DNA of 64,000 nucleotides from Eledone cirrhosa. Lineage: Eukaryota. The stretch spans positions 148,552,001 to 148,616,000 of the forward strand of contig OZ024743.1 in the NCBI GenBank assembly GCA_964016885.1, written 5' to 3'. A program made the position numbers and the translations under genes. Under the pieces are notes generated by a model. That model had not been told where the DNA came from and did no database searches. It saw only the letters and a program-made list of their open reading frames with translations. How positions within the stretch are numbered: the stretch's first letter is position 1; each line of letters opens with the position of its first letter. Below are positions 40,579-54,572 of the stretch, piece after piece.

Positions 40579-40995
40579 TGTATGTATAGTATATTTGGTA
40601 ATAAACCGTATGTTTAATTAAAAACATTTAGAAGACCATACGCTATCAGTTTTAAAGTAGTGACTATGTCACTTACTTCTTTTTGGCGAAAGAAGGGAGA
40701 GAAGCTGACAGTCTAATTGGCTCCTGATTATTACTGGAATTTTATAAGAATCCAGCTTCTTTAATTTTCAGCGGAAGCAGGGGAGTATGTGGCTCTGATG
40801 AATGCCAACCAGCGTGAAACAGACTGCCAGCTTCTCTCCCTTCTTTCGCCGAAAAGAAGTAAGTGACGTAGTCAGTACTTTAAAACTGATAGTGTATGGT
40901 CTTCTAAATGTTTTTAATTAAACATACGGTATATTGCCAAATATACTATACATAGATTCATGTATACATCGCTATTTCAGAGCACCAACCCTATT
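40574..40995 (+). mobile_element. TA-flanked fold-back element with a central hammerhead
   Basis: 40574-40715 inverted at 40821-40962. Confidence 0.9.
40791..40832 (+). ncRNA. Type I hammerhead with GUC mutated to GCC
   Basis: GGCT-CTGATGA-ATGC CAACCA GCGT-GAAAC-AGACT-GCC-AGCT; the inverted arm reads AGACT-GTC-AGCT. Confidence 0.8.
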
Positions 40996-41235
40996 ATATA
41001 TATATATATATATAATTATTTGTCTAGTCAATTTCTACAGGCTAGAGGAAATAATTAGATAAGTGTCATATGACTGTACATAGCGGAAAATAATCTGTAT
41101 CATTTGTCTATTATTTCTTCATAAGTACACTTTAAACTTATAGCCTCGTTTAAATGATTTTTTTATGTGGTTAATTTATACTGATTGGGAGAGGAAATAT
41201 TGTATATATTTTATCTAATGATTCTTTGGACTTAC

Positions 41236-41273
<38 letters not shown>

Positions 41274-41457
41274 ATAAAGATATTATTTATAGTTATGTAT
41301 ATACTATACTATTAACAACTATAAACAGGAAAGGTCAGTAATTTACTACTACCTTATTACCAGTAAGAGAAATAGCTCAATGTAAGAACATCAGGTGTTT
41401 TACAGAGCAGGAATATAAAATACACAAGTATCAAAGTTATGTTCAAATCATTTAATC

Positions 41458-41502
41458 GCTGACAATTGTTTCTTCCAAACTTTAGTTTGGAGTCATCGGA
41501 GC
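41458..41502 (-). ncRNA. Type I hammerhead with one core substitution (CCGATGA)
   Basis: GCT-CCGATGA-cTCCAAACT AA AGTTTGGAa-GAAAC-AATT-GTC-AGC. Confidence 0.75.
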
Positions 41503-42016
41503 ATTATCACATGTTTGTACATATAATTAACCTTCTATTCAACTGAACAATCATATAGATACATATATATTGATGTTGTGAACAACAGTTTAGTATATAC
41601 AGGGTGTAATGGATGCGACATATATTATACGAAAATTGTACAATAATTCAAATTCAAATTAAAATTAAAATTAAAAGCACAGATAATACAAGAGAATAGT
41701 CTAATAATTAAAGAGGCATTGAAGAAGCGTGTAGAGATTGTACATGCGTTAGTCATATATATGGGAAGGAAACAGGGAAATGTATTAGGCATATATGAAT
41801 ACTGTATGGCAAGGTATTACATAAATACAAGCACTTTAAGCGAATATGTTAGTGTATTATGGAGGATGTAATGCGAGGATAGTTTCTGTATAGTTCAAAT
41901 ATGTATGTGTAGAATATGAAAGTTACAGAATTCCACACTTCCTTCGTTATCTATATATATATATATATATTAAAATATAAATATTAATAAAATAGATGTT
42001 CTTTTGATCAATTACA

Positions 42017-42067
42017 TTTTATTATACATATTTCGGATGTACAACAGTACGTCCTCATCAGACAAAA
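42017..42067 (-). ncRNA. Type I hammerhead, AUA triplet, in a TA-flanked insert of about 185 bp
   Basis: TTTTGT-CTGATGA-GGACGTAC TGTT GTACATCC-GAAAT-ATGT-ATA-ATAAAA. Confidence 0.87.
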
Positions 42068-42149
42068 TATAATGATACATGACATACCTTGAGATGTTAA
42101 ATGGTTAAAAACTCATTCTTTGACATAATCATTGAATATCATTTAGCAC

Positions 42150-42250
<101 letters not shown>

Positions 42251-43078
42251 GAAGGAAGTGTGGTAAGGAACCAGGTGGACCATAACGCACAAGAGTACTC
42301 ATTACTTAGGATAGTAGAGAAATAGTCCAGAAATAGCTGTCGAAACGACTTCAGCTCTGCCGTCGTGGTCTCGAAAATTTTCGTATTACATATATATATA
42401 TAAAGATGTATGTTTGTGTTTATATCTATATCAGAAGTATCTTTGCAATACTGAGTGTATGTATGATGTTACTGTTTAGACCCCAGGTCTAACAGACATA
42501 TGATCATAGCCTTTTTACTCACGACCAAGCTGTCATATTTTCATTTATAGTTTATCGAGGACTTCATTATTTAATGTATCTTTCTTTTCTTCGTGATGGT
42601 AAGGTAATTTGACTGCTATTTCTAAGAACTAAGGATTTTTGATCACTTTAAAGGCTTCCTTCATTGAATTTGCATGAATACCAATGTTTAATCTGAAATC
42701 ATATTGACATGTAAGCAAGTATTTATATCTATCTACATTAACATTATATGTGCAATGTTTTTATGCGTATGTTGGTATTATAACTGATATTTTTTAAAAC
42801 ATTATTTAATTCTTTGATATATTTTTAGATATTCTTTACATCCTAAGATAGATATTTATGAATCCATTTGTTGTTTGCTATTGATTATAAATATAAAGTA
42901 TTCCCACCAAAATAGAAGAAGACACTCAACTAACCATATAAAAGACATTGACTTTGTCAGCACCACCATCGTATTGCAGGTTTATGTATGTGTCTATGAT
43001 GGACGAGATCCTAAGACACTGTGGAGTCTTGTTTTTATATATGATAGATGAGCCTTTAAATTTTAATAACTTATCAGG

Positions 43079-43121
<43 letters not shown>

Positions 43122-43569
43122 AATAACTGTCCATACACAAACATATATAACACTTTAAGGATAATTTTTCAATGCTATATCTTATCGACTTCCAAAGATC
43201 AATCAAATGATGAAAGGGGCAGACAAAAATCAAGCATGGAAAAACAACTGGACCATTCACTTTGACTTCAAAAGCAGCACATGTATATATATGTGAGTTG
43301 TGTGTTGGTGATATTTGTTTGTGTTCAAGTTAAGGCAATTGACATTCATAATTATAGTTATATATTATTTTTATAAATAGATAATATATATAATAATTTA
43401 TATAGAAATATGTATATAAATTTTCTGAACCAATTCATATATATATATAGTTTCTGTTCGAAACATTTTTTAGGGAGCTATTATCCCTTCTGGTAACAAA
43501 GGATTTCTCTTTCAAAGGAAAGTGTGGATTATATAATATTTATACGTAAAGTCTGATATTGCATGGCAA

Positions 43570-43870
43570 GGAGACATAAATCTTGAATGCAGAGGATTTG
43601 CAATGACAGGAACCAAATGAAGTGAGTATGATCCAAAGGATGTGTAATAGTTGTGAGACAAACTTGACATTATATGAATCAGGTGCAGTGTGCAAGAGAT
43701 AATATTATGCTGTGGATATATGATGTATATGGAGGCTGACAGTTGCATGAAGAAATGCAGAGTGCTGAATGTAGATAAAACTTGTGGCAAAGGAAAATCT
43801 AGGAAAATATGGGATAGAACTAACCTTCAAAATGCAAATGTAGCAAAATGAATGTTAACAGGGTAGTTGT
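43570..43870 (+). pseudogene. Very degenerate RTE C-terminal fragment
   Basis: IRCSVQE...CGYM...CMKKCR...CGKGKSRKIW resembles the end of the 8813 ORF. Confidence 0.55.
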
Positions 43871-44554
43871 ACTAATGGCAGGGAAATTTCATCTACAATT
43901 TAGTCCCCATAGCCAAAAGGTCACTATTAAGTCACTGTTAGTTACCCCTCACATCTCTTTTACTCCACTCTCAATCACCCTCCCTCATATTCACTGTGCC
44001 ACATTGCCCATAAAACTGATGTTGATATTCGATCCGTCCAACTCTATCCTCCATCTGATGATGACCACACTCCTATTTACTACAATATTTGGCTCATATA
44101 TGGAATGTTGTTTGTAGTTCTATCGGTATTTAATTCTCCATCACCACACCACTTATGAATCTACTTCAACATCATCAGAGTGATTAGGTATGTGGGACAT
44201 ATCAGATCTAGTAATACTTCATACATTCTAGTCCATCCACTTTAGCCACCATCATTTTATTAGAGGAATAAATGAATGGTTAAATGAATGGATAAATGGT
44301 TTGGTATACTGTGCAAGAGTTCTTGTGCCACCAGAAATATAAATGCTGTTGTGTTTTTAACACAAATAAAAAGTTCTCTTTAGCCTTTTTTAATATGGTT
44401 TCTAGAGCTCGATGCCCTTCCTATCAGTAATCTCCTCTATATGTATTGTTTGGACTTCATCATGGCACTAGCACGACAGGGAGTTGTCAGCCATTGGCTC
44501 AACCAAAGAACCCTCTTTACTTATTGGGGAGGTGGGGTAAGAGGAGGGGGTAGG

Positions 44555-44685
44555 ATATACATACACATACATACATACATTCATACCTACATACACACAT
44601 ACATACATAGATTCATACCTACATACATACATACATACATATATGATGGCTGCCCCCTTGTTATCGAGTACGGCCATTGCACGGA
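44555..44685 (-). mobile_element. RTE (BovB-like) 3' terminus with (TATG)n tail
   Basis: GGCCGTACTCGA...GCAGCCA then (TATG)n; same terminus as at 46905-47025. Confidence 0.65.
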
Positions 44686-46904
44686 AAAAAAAAATAAATA
44701 ACAACAATAATAATAATTGTTTCTATTTTAGGCAACTTTCCCCTCATATACAGTCTTTCTCCATTTATTACGATCTGCAGCAACATTTTCCCATGTATCA
44801 GCAGAGATCTTAGCATTTTTCAAAGAGGCTTTCAACAAATTCTTATACCTCCTTTTTAGTTTATGTGGATGTCGTTTTCCTTTAACTCTCCATAAAAGAG
44901 TTGTTTTGGTATTCTATAATCCTTCATCCTGGCAAGGTGACCACTCCAACGAAGTCTTTGCTTAAGCACAAGAGCTTCTATACTGTCACACAGAGAGCTT
45001 TCCAAAATCTCGACATCACTGATGTGGCCCCTCCAGTGAACGCCATGGATCCGTCTGAGACACATCTGATGGAAACGCTCCAATTGTTTAAGGTGGTGTC
45101 AATATGTGACCCAGGGGTCACAGGCATAAAGAAGAGAAGAGAGCACACATGCCTTGTACACCTTTACTTGTGTCTTCTTGCACATGTCTCGCTGACCCCA
45201 GAATCGCCTTTCTAGCTTTCCGAAAGCATCACTTGCTTTCCTAATCCTGAGTGGAATTTCATTATCAAGGTTGCTGTATCGATTGACAGTGCTTCTCAGG
45301 TAGACAAACTGATCAATCACTCCAAATCGTTTATCATACACATAGATATTTGGATCACTGTACTGCTTATCAGGGGCAGGTGGATACATGACGATGGTTT
45401 TCTTGAGACTGACAATCAATCCTAGGGCAGTGCAAGCATCAGAAAATGCATTCAAAATGTGCTGCATATCACTCTCTGTGTGCACTACAAGATCGCAATC
45501 ATCTGAATACAAGAGGTCTCTTATGATTGAGGTAAATATTTTTGTTTTTGCAGCAAAGCGCCTGATGTTAAATATGCTGCCTGAGGTTTGATATTGGATG
45601 TAAACACCATGCTCACAATTCCTGAATGCAATATAGAAAACCATTGCAAAGTATATGGCAAACAGGGTCGGTGCTGGAATATCCCCCTGTTTCACTCCAT
45701 TTTTTACTGAGATAGGCTCTGCCATGTTACCTCTGACATTAACCTAAGCCTTTATATCGTCATGGAAAGACCTAACTAAAGCAAGGAACTTATCAGGGCA
45801 ACCAAGTTTCTGGAGAACCTTCCACAATGAATTTCTGTTAACAGTATCGAAAGCTTTTGTCAGATCGACAAAAACCTGTTACAGATCCAAACCTTGTTCC
45901 ATGCACTTCTCCTGGAGTTGTCTAGCTGAGAAGATCATATCAGTAGTGCCGCGTCCAGCACAAAAACCAGATTGACTTTCAGGAAGAACACAGTCTGTGA
46001 TGTGTGTCAGTAGACGGCCCAGAAACACCCTACATAACATTTTTCCTACGACATAAATCAATGATATACTTCTGCAGTTTCCACAATCATTCTTGTTACC
46101 CTTTCCCTTGTACAAGGCCACGATTACTGCATCTCTCCAGTCCTCAGGTATGGATTCACTAGTCCATATCCTGCCAAACAAAGAGTGAAGGTGTTGCAGA
46201 AGTCTCTCACCACCATATTGTAGGAGCTCTGCATGTATGCCATCCATACCTGGAGACCTTCCACTGTTCAGCTTCAAGATAGCTACTGCAACCTCCACAA
46301 GCGTTAGTGGTTCTGCGAGAGCTACTTTCACAGGTTTTTCTGGAATGAGATTGAGGAAATCTTCATTGACAACAGACGGCTGATTCAAAAATTCATCAAA
46401 GTGCTCTCGCCACCTTTGTAGAATTCCTTGTGAGTAACAAAGAAGTTCCTTGCCATTGTTGCTGCAAAGCGGTGTCACCAGAGAAAAAGACGGTCCATAA
46501 ACTTCATGCAAGAGACAACAGCTTTGTGTTATTGGAATCTGATGCAGCTTGTATCTCATCAGCCTTCTCACTCCACCACTTATCCTTCATCTGAGAAAGA
46601 CTCTGCCTAACATGTGATTTCACATCCTTGAGTTCCTTATGCAACATATTCTTCTCCTGCGGTTTTGCTGTAAAGTAGTGTGACGAGCACGCCTCTTATC
46701 AGCCAACAAGTCTTCTATATGTTCATCATTCTCATGAAACCAGTCTTCATGTTTTCTCTGCACCAATCCCAGAACACGCCTGCCTACATCATAAACCGAC
46801 TTTTTAAGGGTCGGCCAATCCTCACCAAGATCTGCAACATGCATCTCTTCTCGCAATGTCCTCTTCACATTTTTATCTCTAAGACAAGCAGCATTCAATC
46901 TTCT

Positions 46905-47150
46905 GCATACATACATGCATACATACATACATATACATACATACATACATACATACATACATACATACATACATACATACATACATACATGGTGGCTGCC
47001 AACTCGTTTTCGAGTACGGCCACTACTTTATATCCATGTAGGAGAACCCCTACCAATGCGCTGAACAAGTAACTTTTTAGTCCAGCCAGCGACTTGAAAA
47101 CTCTGGTACAAACACTACACTTGTGACAATTATTGACACATAGTGCTGGA
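46905..47150 (-). mobile_element. Nested RTE 3' fragment (C-terminal C2H2-like finger, 3' UTR, (TATG)n)
   Basis: HKCSVCTRVFKSLAGLKS then tail; the host frame resumes at RRLNAACL. Confidence 0.75.
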
Positions 47151-47514
47151 CCCATGGTACCATGTGATGACAAGTGCAGAGAGATCTCCAGATATAAAGC
47201 AATGCCTGTGCCGTGAAGCTTTTATAATGAGCAAAGGCACTGCACAAAGCCAGTCCCACTCTTTTAACCAAGATGATATTTACCAAACAGAAGAACAAGT
47301 CAACATCATTGGATACCATCAGGGTTGCAGGTGTTATATCAGAGTTTTCCTTCTCCTAGAATTCTGCCTTGACAAAGGCTAAGGGGTGATCTCTCCCGGT
47401 GATTTTGGATGGCCATTGACTCTTAAGAGCTCCTTTGCCCTTTGACAGGTTTTGTTTTTAGTCCTACAGGATGTCCAAAGTCACCCTCCTCACCAGGAAA
47501 CCTTGGTGGGGTTG

Positions 47515-47572
47515 CCAGTTTAGTCGCCAACGACCCGACCATGAGACAGGTTGTACTGGGATACATGTTACC
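47515..47572 (-). ncRNA. Candidate degenerate HDV-like ribozyme at the RTE 5' end
   Basis: P2 CCAGT/ACTGG, GG, P4 GTCG TTGG CGAC, CTAA-type J4/2; P1 and P3 imperfect. Confidence 0.45.
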
Positions 47573-47637
47573 AGTAGATACATACATACATACATACATA
47601 CATACACACACACATACATACATACATACGTACATAT

Positions 47638-48165
47638 ATATGGGACAGGGAGAAGAAAGCATGCACAGTAGTGGAAATTAGCTGCCCAGCAGATGCCAAT
47701 ATAATATCAAAGATTAGCGAAAAGGAGAATATTTATGCAGAACTGATGAGACATCTGAGATACTCCACCCTGATTACACCTTCAGATTTATGCCTGTGAT
47801 TATTGGGGCACTGGGGTATGTTAGTAAATGCCTCAATACAAATCTTGAGAAGTTAGGCTTCACAGGAACAGTAAGAACACAACTAGTTAGTAAATTACAA
47901 GTACAATCCATTAATGGAACAGTAAAAACATTCCAAAAATGTTGCATCTAATAACTGCATATACACATGTACAGACACAAAGCATATACACATGCACACA
48001 TACACATCCACACATACAATAACATCCATATCTACACATGCATGCATCCATACATAATCTACCTAGTTGATGTTGTGTAAATTCCAATGAGAGAGTCTTG
48101 TGTCTATGCTAGAAACTGACTCTCTCTCTATTGGGAAAAAAACTTGTGAAATTATAAAACCAGAA
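47638..48165 (+). mobile_element. 3' fragment of an R4/Dong-like element (restriction-like endonuclease plus 3' UTR)
   Basis: WDREKKACTVVEISCPADANI..KISEKENIYAEL...FMPVIIGALG...NLEKLGF. Confidence 0.8.
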
Positions 48166-48166
48166 G

Positions 48167-48337
<171 letters not shown>

Positions 48338-48835
48338 TTATTTTTTTCATTTTTTTTAAATTTTATATTAATTCATTCATGATACATAAATTGTAGAGAT
48401 GCTAGACAATATAGAGAAATATTCAGTCTGAGATTCTGCTAATTATTTTACTCATTAATTATCCAATAAGACATTTATCATAGATAATTTAACTTTTTTT
48501 GTTGCTTTAAACTTCTTTATTATTCTTACTGAATTTCATTTTTCCATATTTAAAGCTTATTTTTCTTTATTTTGTCTGTCATGTAAGTTGGAGCTAATGA
48601 ACTACGAGATAAATGCATTTCTACAATAAAGATGATAATGATAATGAAAATAACATCAACAAGAACAACAACAATGATATACAAAAGTTTCACCAGCCAC
48701 AAAAATGTTTTATAGCTGACAATAGAGTACACACACACATACACACACACTGACTTATATTTATTTGTTGTGCTCATATATATATATATATACAATAAAT
48801 AAGAGAGTCAGTTTTATTCATACATCCCTATTTTA

Positions 48836-48905
48836 TTCATTATACATATTTCAAAGATGTAAGGTAGTTATATAGTAACTGCCTTATGCATTCTCTTCAG
48901 ACAAA
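48836..48905 (-). ncRNA. Type I hammerhead, AUA triplet, long stem II
   Basis: TTTGT-CTGAAGA-...TAAGGCAGTTA CTATA TAACTACCTTA...-GAAAT-ATGT-ATA-ATGAA. Confidence 0.7.
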
Positions 48906-49453
48906 CATACAAACAAGATATAAAATTCCATTGATATGTTACCAGTCGGGTGTGTTATTCACCTCGCCAACCAATACGCATGTGTATATTTAATAACATA
49001 GACAGAAATGAAAAGAGAAAGAGGGCCAATGCCATAAGAAGTGCAATATTGAGAGAGAGAGAGAGGAGATAAGAGAGGAAGAAAGGGTGAGTAAGAGAGA
49101 AACAAGGATAAACCTTTAGAGACAATCCTCATTAGAATGTGAAATACCTTGACCACCTGCTCCTCTCTCTTGCTATGACAATGAGTTATAAAGCTCTCAT
49201 TGGTTGTTGTAGTATTTAGGAATATTGGTGGCAGCAGCAATGGCAGTGAGGATGATGGAGGGATGTTTGTTTTAATAGTAGTGCTGGTGGATTGCTGTGG
49301 TGTTGGTGGTCTGGATGATGGGGAAGGTGACAGTTTTGTTGCTGTTGCTTGTATTTCTGGTTATAGATATTCATAGTCGTGATGATAATGGAGGCTTTTT
49401 TGTGACAATGTTTATATTGTGGATTTTGGTGGTTGTGGTGGGGTGGTGGTAGT

Positions 49454-50552
49454 CATCATCATCATCATCAACGTTTAACGTCCGTGTTCCACGCTTGCAT
49501 GGGTTTGGATGGGGGTAGTCCCACTTGAGGCAAGAGTGATTGTCTTGCTCGCATAGGACTGTCTGGCAGGTTTTCTACAGTTGGATGCCCTTCCTAACAC
49601 CAACCACATTTACAGTGTGGGTCTGGGAGGTTTTTACCGTGTTGCCTACACGGCCACATTACAGCGTGGACTGTGTGTTTTTTTGTCGTGACACCTACAC
49701 GATCTCATTTGTTTCGGCCTGGATGGTGTGGCACCAACATAACTTTACATAGAACGGGGAGGTGTGGATGGGGTGGGGGGGGGGGGCTATTTTGTTAGAG
49801 ATGCCTACTGGCTGTAGTAGGTTTTACTATGTATTTAGGTAAGGCGGGTCTTCTCTGTTACTGAGTACCGCCAAAGGTCTCGGTCCAGTGACATTGTCTT
49901 GGAGAGGTGTAAGTGTGTGAGGTCGGAGTTTATCAGCTCGTCCCAGGTTTTTCTAGGTCTGCCTATTCCGTGGCTACCGTCTATCTTTATTGCCCTGCAC
50001 TTTGTTATACAGCTATCGACTTTCATGCGCATCACGTGTCCATACCAACGTAGCCTTCTCTCGAGTAAACAACATCTGATCCCTCTTATTTCTAATTTTT
50101 TCCTTAGTTCGTTTATGCTTTGCCGTTCACGTATATTACTGTTACACATCCAGCGGAGCATGCAAGCTTCGTTCCTCTCTAGTCTGCGTATATCCTCTGC
50201 ACACAATGCCCAGGTCTCACTGCCATGCAACATTGCTGTTCGTATGCAGGCATCGTACAACCTGCCTTTCATTTTTAGGGAGAACCCTTTAGCAGCTAAT
50301 AGTGGTATAAGCTCTCTGAACTTTTTCCAACCAGTTCTGACTCTAGCTACTGTACTTTCAGCGCACCCTCCCCCACTGCTGATTTTATCACCCAGGTAAC
50401 GGAAGCTGTCCACTATTTCTATAGAACCCTCTACGCAATTGAAAGAGCTAGTATTTTGTGGGCACTTGCTGCTACTTATTGCACCAGAGCACTGGCCACA
50501 TGTAAAATCTATGTTCTTAGTTAGCTTACCTGTGATCCCACTACATCTTTTA
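49454..50552 (-). mobile_element. Second 5'-truncated copy of the young PHD-RTE family
   Basis: Near-identical to 8416-9530; ORF 49835..50413. Confidence 0.95.
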
Positions 50553-50614
50553 TTGTAATAGTTGATCTTACAAAGATGGCAGTGAATATCTTGTCATGAA
50601 GGTGTAGTCGGACA

Positions 50615-50866
50615 GATGGATGGATAGATAGAAAGAAAGAAAGAAGAAAGAACACGATCGACTTTCGTCAAATCGGACCGAGGGAACAATGTTTCCGTTG
50701 GTCTTTCCAATTGCTAATACTATCTATCGGTCGCAACTCCAGGTAGAAGGAGCAACGTGAAATAAAGTGTCTTGCTCAAAGACATAACGCATCGCCTGGT
50801 CCAGGAATCGAACTCACAACCTTACGATTGCGAATCCAATTCTCTAACCACTCAGCCACACGCCTT
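50615..50866 (-). mobile_element. tRNA-derived SINE, well preserved
   Basis: A box TGGCTGAGTGG, B box GAGTTCGATTCC, body TTGAGCAAGACACTTTATTTCAC, (TCTT/TCTA)n tail. Confidence 0.88.
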
Positions 50867-52937
50867 AAGATAGAAAGATGGACAAATAGACAGAAAGATA
50901 TTTTAAGGCTATAGATACTTTTAAATTTGGGATTCTATCAATTTTCCTTTTTAACAATCAGTATTTTAATGACTCAAAACAAATCTAGGATGATGGATAG
51001 AGCTAGAGAATGGATACATATGTAGTTGCTGTGGTTTTTTGTGAGTGGGATTGGATCATCTGTGACTGCCAATGTGGTGTTATGGTGTACAAGCTTTGGA
51101 GAGTATTGTAGTATTGTATTTATTAGTGTGGCAAGGTGTGTTGTGGTGTGGAAGAAATGTGGCTGTTATATTGTGATGCTGATGTGTCTGATGTTGTGGG
51201 TAGTGTTGCAGATGATAGTTGATAGTAGTGTTGATGATGGTGTTGATGATTGTCATGGTGGAGAGTATAGAGGGACCGAGTGGAATACGTATTTGTTCGT
51301 GGATGATATTTGTTATAGCAGTGACAGTGACAGCAAATAGGTTAGTGAAGATGTGTTAATTTTATCTTTAAGACCACTGCATCTTAATGCTTCATTGTAA
51401 TAAGCATCCATTTATGCATCAGATTTAATACTGGATAAACGTATACTAACACATTCACCAAATTATTTATAAAAGAAGCAGGTGGTCTTAATTTCTGTTT
51501 ATCTCCTATGATACTTCAGTTAGCTTCCAAAGTGGGTAAAGTTCATTGTTTTCTAAGTTTACAATGATATCTAAGAAATTAACAGTAAGTTTCTACCAAC
51601 TGTAATCTTTAGATATTTTGGCAAACTCTAGGCTACCAATTGGCACATTAAAAGATCACTTTTCTTTAAACATAGGGTGCTATTTAAAGAAAGAACGAAA
51701 CCTGCATGCATGATTATTTTGATACTGGAATAACTGATTGAAATATAATTCTTAGTGAAAGTTAATACTTTTTGGAGAAAAGGTTTAGTTATCAAAGGGT
51801 GTATGTCAACGATATCAAGCTGGGTGTATTTATAAAGATATTTATTAACAATACCATGAAATCACTAATAGAAATACTAATATGTGATAAGGGAAAATTA
51901 GTTGTTTGCTTGCTTTTAAGGATTATTGTGTTTAAGATACCTTTACTATCTTTTAGCCAAATTTATTCAACTATAAATTAATAAATCCTTTTTGTTGATC
52001 TTAAATAAAACAAAGTTTTTGAAAGCTAAACAATCAATACCCTCATCTTTTTCTAATCTAGTACATATTTGGTTAGTTTCTAAATTAATGGAATTATATG
52101 TAGTATCATTAGTTGTTGCTAGAAAAAAATGTAGTATCATTAGTTGATGCTAGAAAAAAATCTTTTATAAATGTCAATGTTAATTTCACACAGATTTTTG
52201 GTTTTATCCAAAGAAATAAAATGTTCTTGAAAAATATCTAAATTTTTCTTTAAAAGTCTGTTAAAATGTCAGTTGTAAGTTTTAATCTCATTCTTAGAAT
52301 TAAGTTAAAAGACTCTGACCGTATGCTTAAGAAGATCCCTTCACAGCCATATGGTTTTAGGTTCTATCCCATCGATTGGCACCTTGGACAATAGCCTCAG
52401 CCAAGTAATGTTCTCTGAATGAATTTGGTATAAGGAAACTAACAAAACCTGTCATGCACGTATATATATGTGTGTGTGTGTGTATGTGTGTGTGCGCGCA
52501 CGCTCGTGTGTGTGTGTGTGTGTGTAAGAGGGTTGACATCAGGCTGTAGAATTTTGCCTCAAAAGTCTTGTTCAATGCATGCCAGGATGGAAAGACAGTG
52601 GTAAAACTGATGATAATTATAATGATGATGAGAATAATAATCATTGTTCATATTTTGTATTGTATTTTGCATACGTACATACATATATTTGAAAATGTAG
52701 GAATCCCAAACGAAGAAAATAACTGTAACAACAGTCAATTGCTATTAATAATAGCTTAGGAAATCAGGTAAAATACCACAGGAGGAGAAAAGAATAGCCA
52801 GTAATCACTACTGAGAATTGTGGTCTGAATTTCATTATTTGAGAGATGGACTGTTGTTACAGTTCTTTTCTGCATTTGGCATTACCACATTTTTAAATTA
52901 TAAATCACAGTGCTCCAAGATTTCATACGATATATAT

Positions 52938-53150
52938 ATCATCACCGTTTTGTGTGCATTTTTCCACGCTAGCATGGGTTAGAGAAGTTGTCGTGTGCTG
53001 GGCAATGGCAAGTCAGGTGACTATGTCTTGCTCATACAGAACAGATTTTGGCTTGTTTTCTACACTGGATGCCCTTCCTAACAACAACCTCATTTACAGT
53101 GAGTACTGGGTGGTTGTTTTATCATGGCGCCTACATGACCATTTTACAGT
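52938..53150 (-). mobile_element. Older RTE-tail element related to 3345-3552
   Basis: Shared TTGCTCATACAGAAC...CTGGATGCCCTTCCTAAC. Confidence 0.7.
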
Positions 53151-53267
53151 GGGAGGGGGTGGGGCCATACTCTCTATATGCTTCGCCTTTGGTTTGTACC
53201 CATAAGAAATCGGTCCTTCTGTATATATATACAGAAGAACCGATTATACATATATATATATATATAT

Positions 53268-53488
53268 ACACAGTCCACGCTGTAATGTGGCCGTGTAGGC
53301 AACACGGTAAAAACCTCCCAGACCCACACTGTAAATGTGGTTGGTGTTAGGAAGGGCATCCAACTGTAGAAAACCTGCCAGACAGTCCTATGCGAGCAAG
53401 ACAATCACTCTTGCCTCAAGTGGGAATACCCCCGTCCAAACCCATGCAAGCGTGGAACACGGACGTTAAACGTTGATGATGATGATGA

Positions 53489-53492
<4 letters not shown>
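53268..53492 (+). mobile_element. Third copy of the young PHD-RTE family, 3' UTR only
   Basis: Reverse complement of 8416-8640. Confidence 0.93.
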
Positions 53493-53527
<35 letters not shown>

Positions 53528-54416
53528 TATCCCGGGTTCAATTAGGTTCAATATATATATATTCTTGCTTGCCTATTAGAGTATATTTATTATTATTAAT
53601 TTAACTCTATTCAGAGTATTGAGAACTCTATAACAATTGCATGAAAATATAATTAAAGTTGTATTAAGAAATACATATACATGTCTGTGTGTGTGTGCAT
53701 GTACATGTGTGTGCAATTCACATAATATTGAAACCAATTCTATTTGTTGGTGCCACTATGGTACAGAATGAATTAATCTTCCAATGTTACACATAAATGT
53801 ATGTTTCCTGAATCAAGAATATGATATCATTTCTGTTTAGGTTTATTACTGAATTAATAATAACATGCTGAGTTCTGTTTACAAGCAAACAATTTATACT
53901 CTTTTGTACCAGATCATGAATGCTCATTGCATATAATGTATTTAACAGTTGCTAACATTTAGCTAATACTTTTAATTTGACCTTACTGTTGAACCCAAGA
54001 ACTATAAACTGTTTTTTAAAGAAATTAATGAACATTGATAATTAATACAGTAGAAAGGTTGCTTGTATAGTTTCTTCAATGCCAAAACTTATGTTATAAT
54101 TTTCTTTAAGACTGATGTATTTAGAAATTTTGATGGTTTTGAATTTTGCACGTTTTCAAATTATGGGTGGGTGGGTGGGGTGGGGGTATAAGTGTGTAGA
54201 TACTTTATTAAGCTACTAGCTGATGGAGTATGTGTTCAAACTGCTGCTCCTTTTGTTTCCAGACAGCATAGTTTATTTTACATGCCTTGCTATATCTACC
54301 TGTTTGTAATAAGGTTAAAAAACTCCTGGGAAACTTACCCATGAAAAACTAGTATTTTAGCCAGGTATGAGATACAATTAGTATTACAGAATTAAATCTT
54401 TGTTTTATTTGTGTTG

Positions 54417-54572
54417 AGGCAGCGAATTGGCAGTCATTAGAACGTTGGATAGAATGCTTTACAGAATTCGTTTCAACTCTCTACTCTCTGAGTTCAAATC
54501 ATGTCAAGGTAAACTTTGCTTTTCTTCCATTTGAGGTCAATAAAAACTGTACAAGTCTAGTACTGGGATCGA
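54417..54572 (+). mobile_element. SINE of the 58308 family
   Basis: GAGTTCAAATC...AACTTTGCTTT...AGTACTGGG. Confidence 0.65.

Larger units (their letters stand above)
44745..47575 (-). mobile_element. Degenerate BovB-like RTE LINE with 5' UTR, interrupted by a nested 3' fragment
   Basis: SPGMDGI, LPESQSGF, FVDLTKAFDTV, GVKQG, YSDD, ERFHQMCLRRI, LRWSGH, PKQLFYGEL. Confidence 0.9.

Noticed and set aside
47743-47770. CTGATGAG as a hammerhead core
   Set aside because: Lies in coding sequence (ELMR) and has no GAAA partner
54263-54364. AG...GT-bounded candidate exon
   Set aside because: Stop codons in all three frames and no other support
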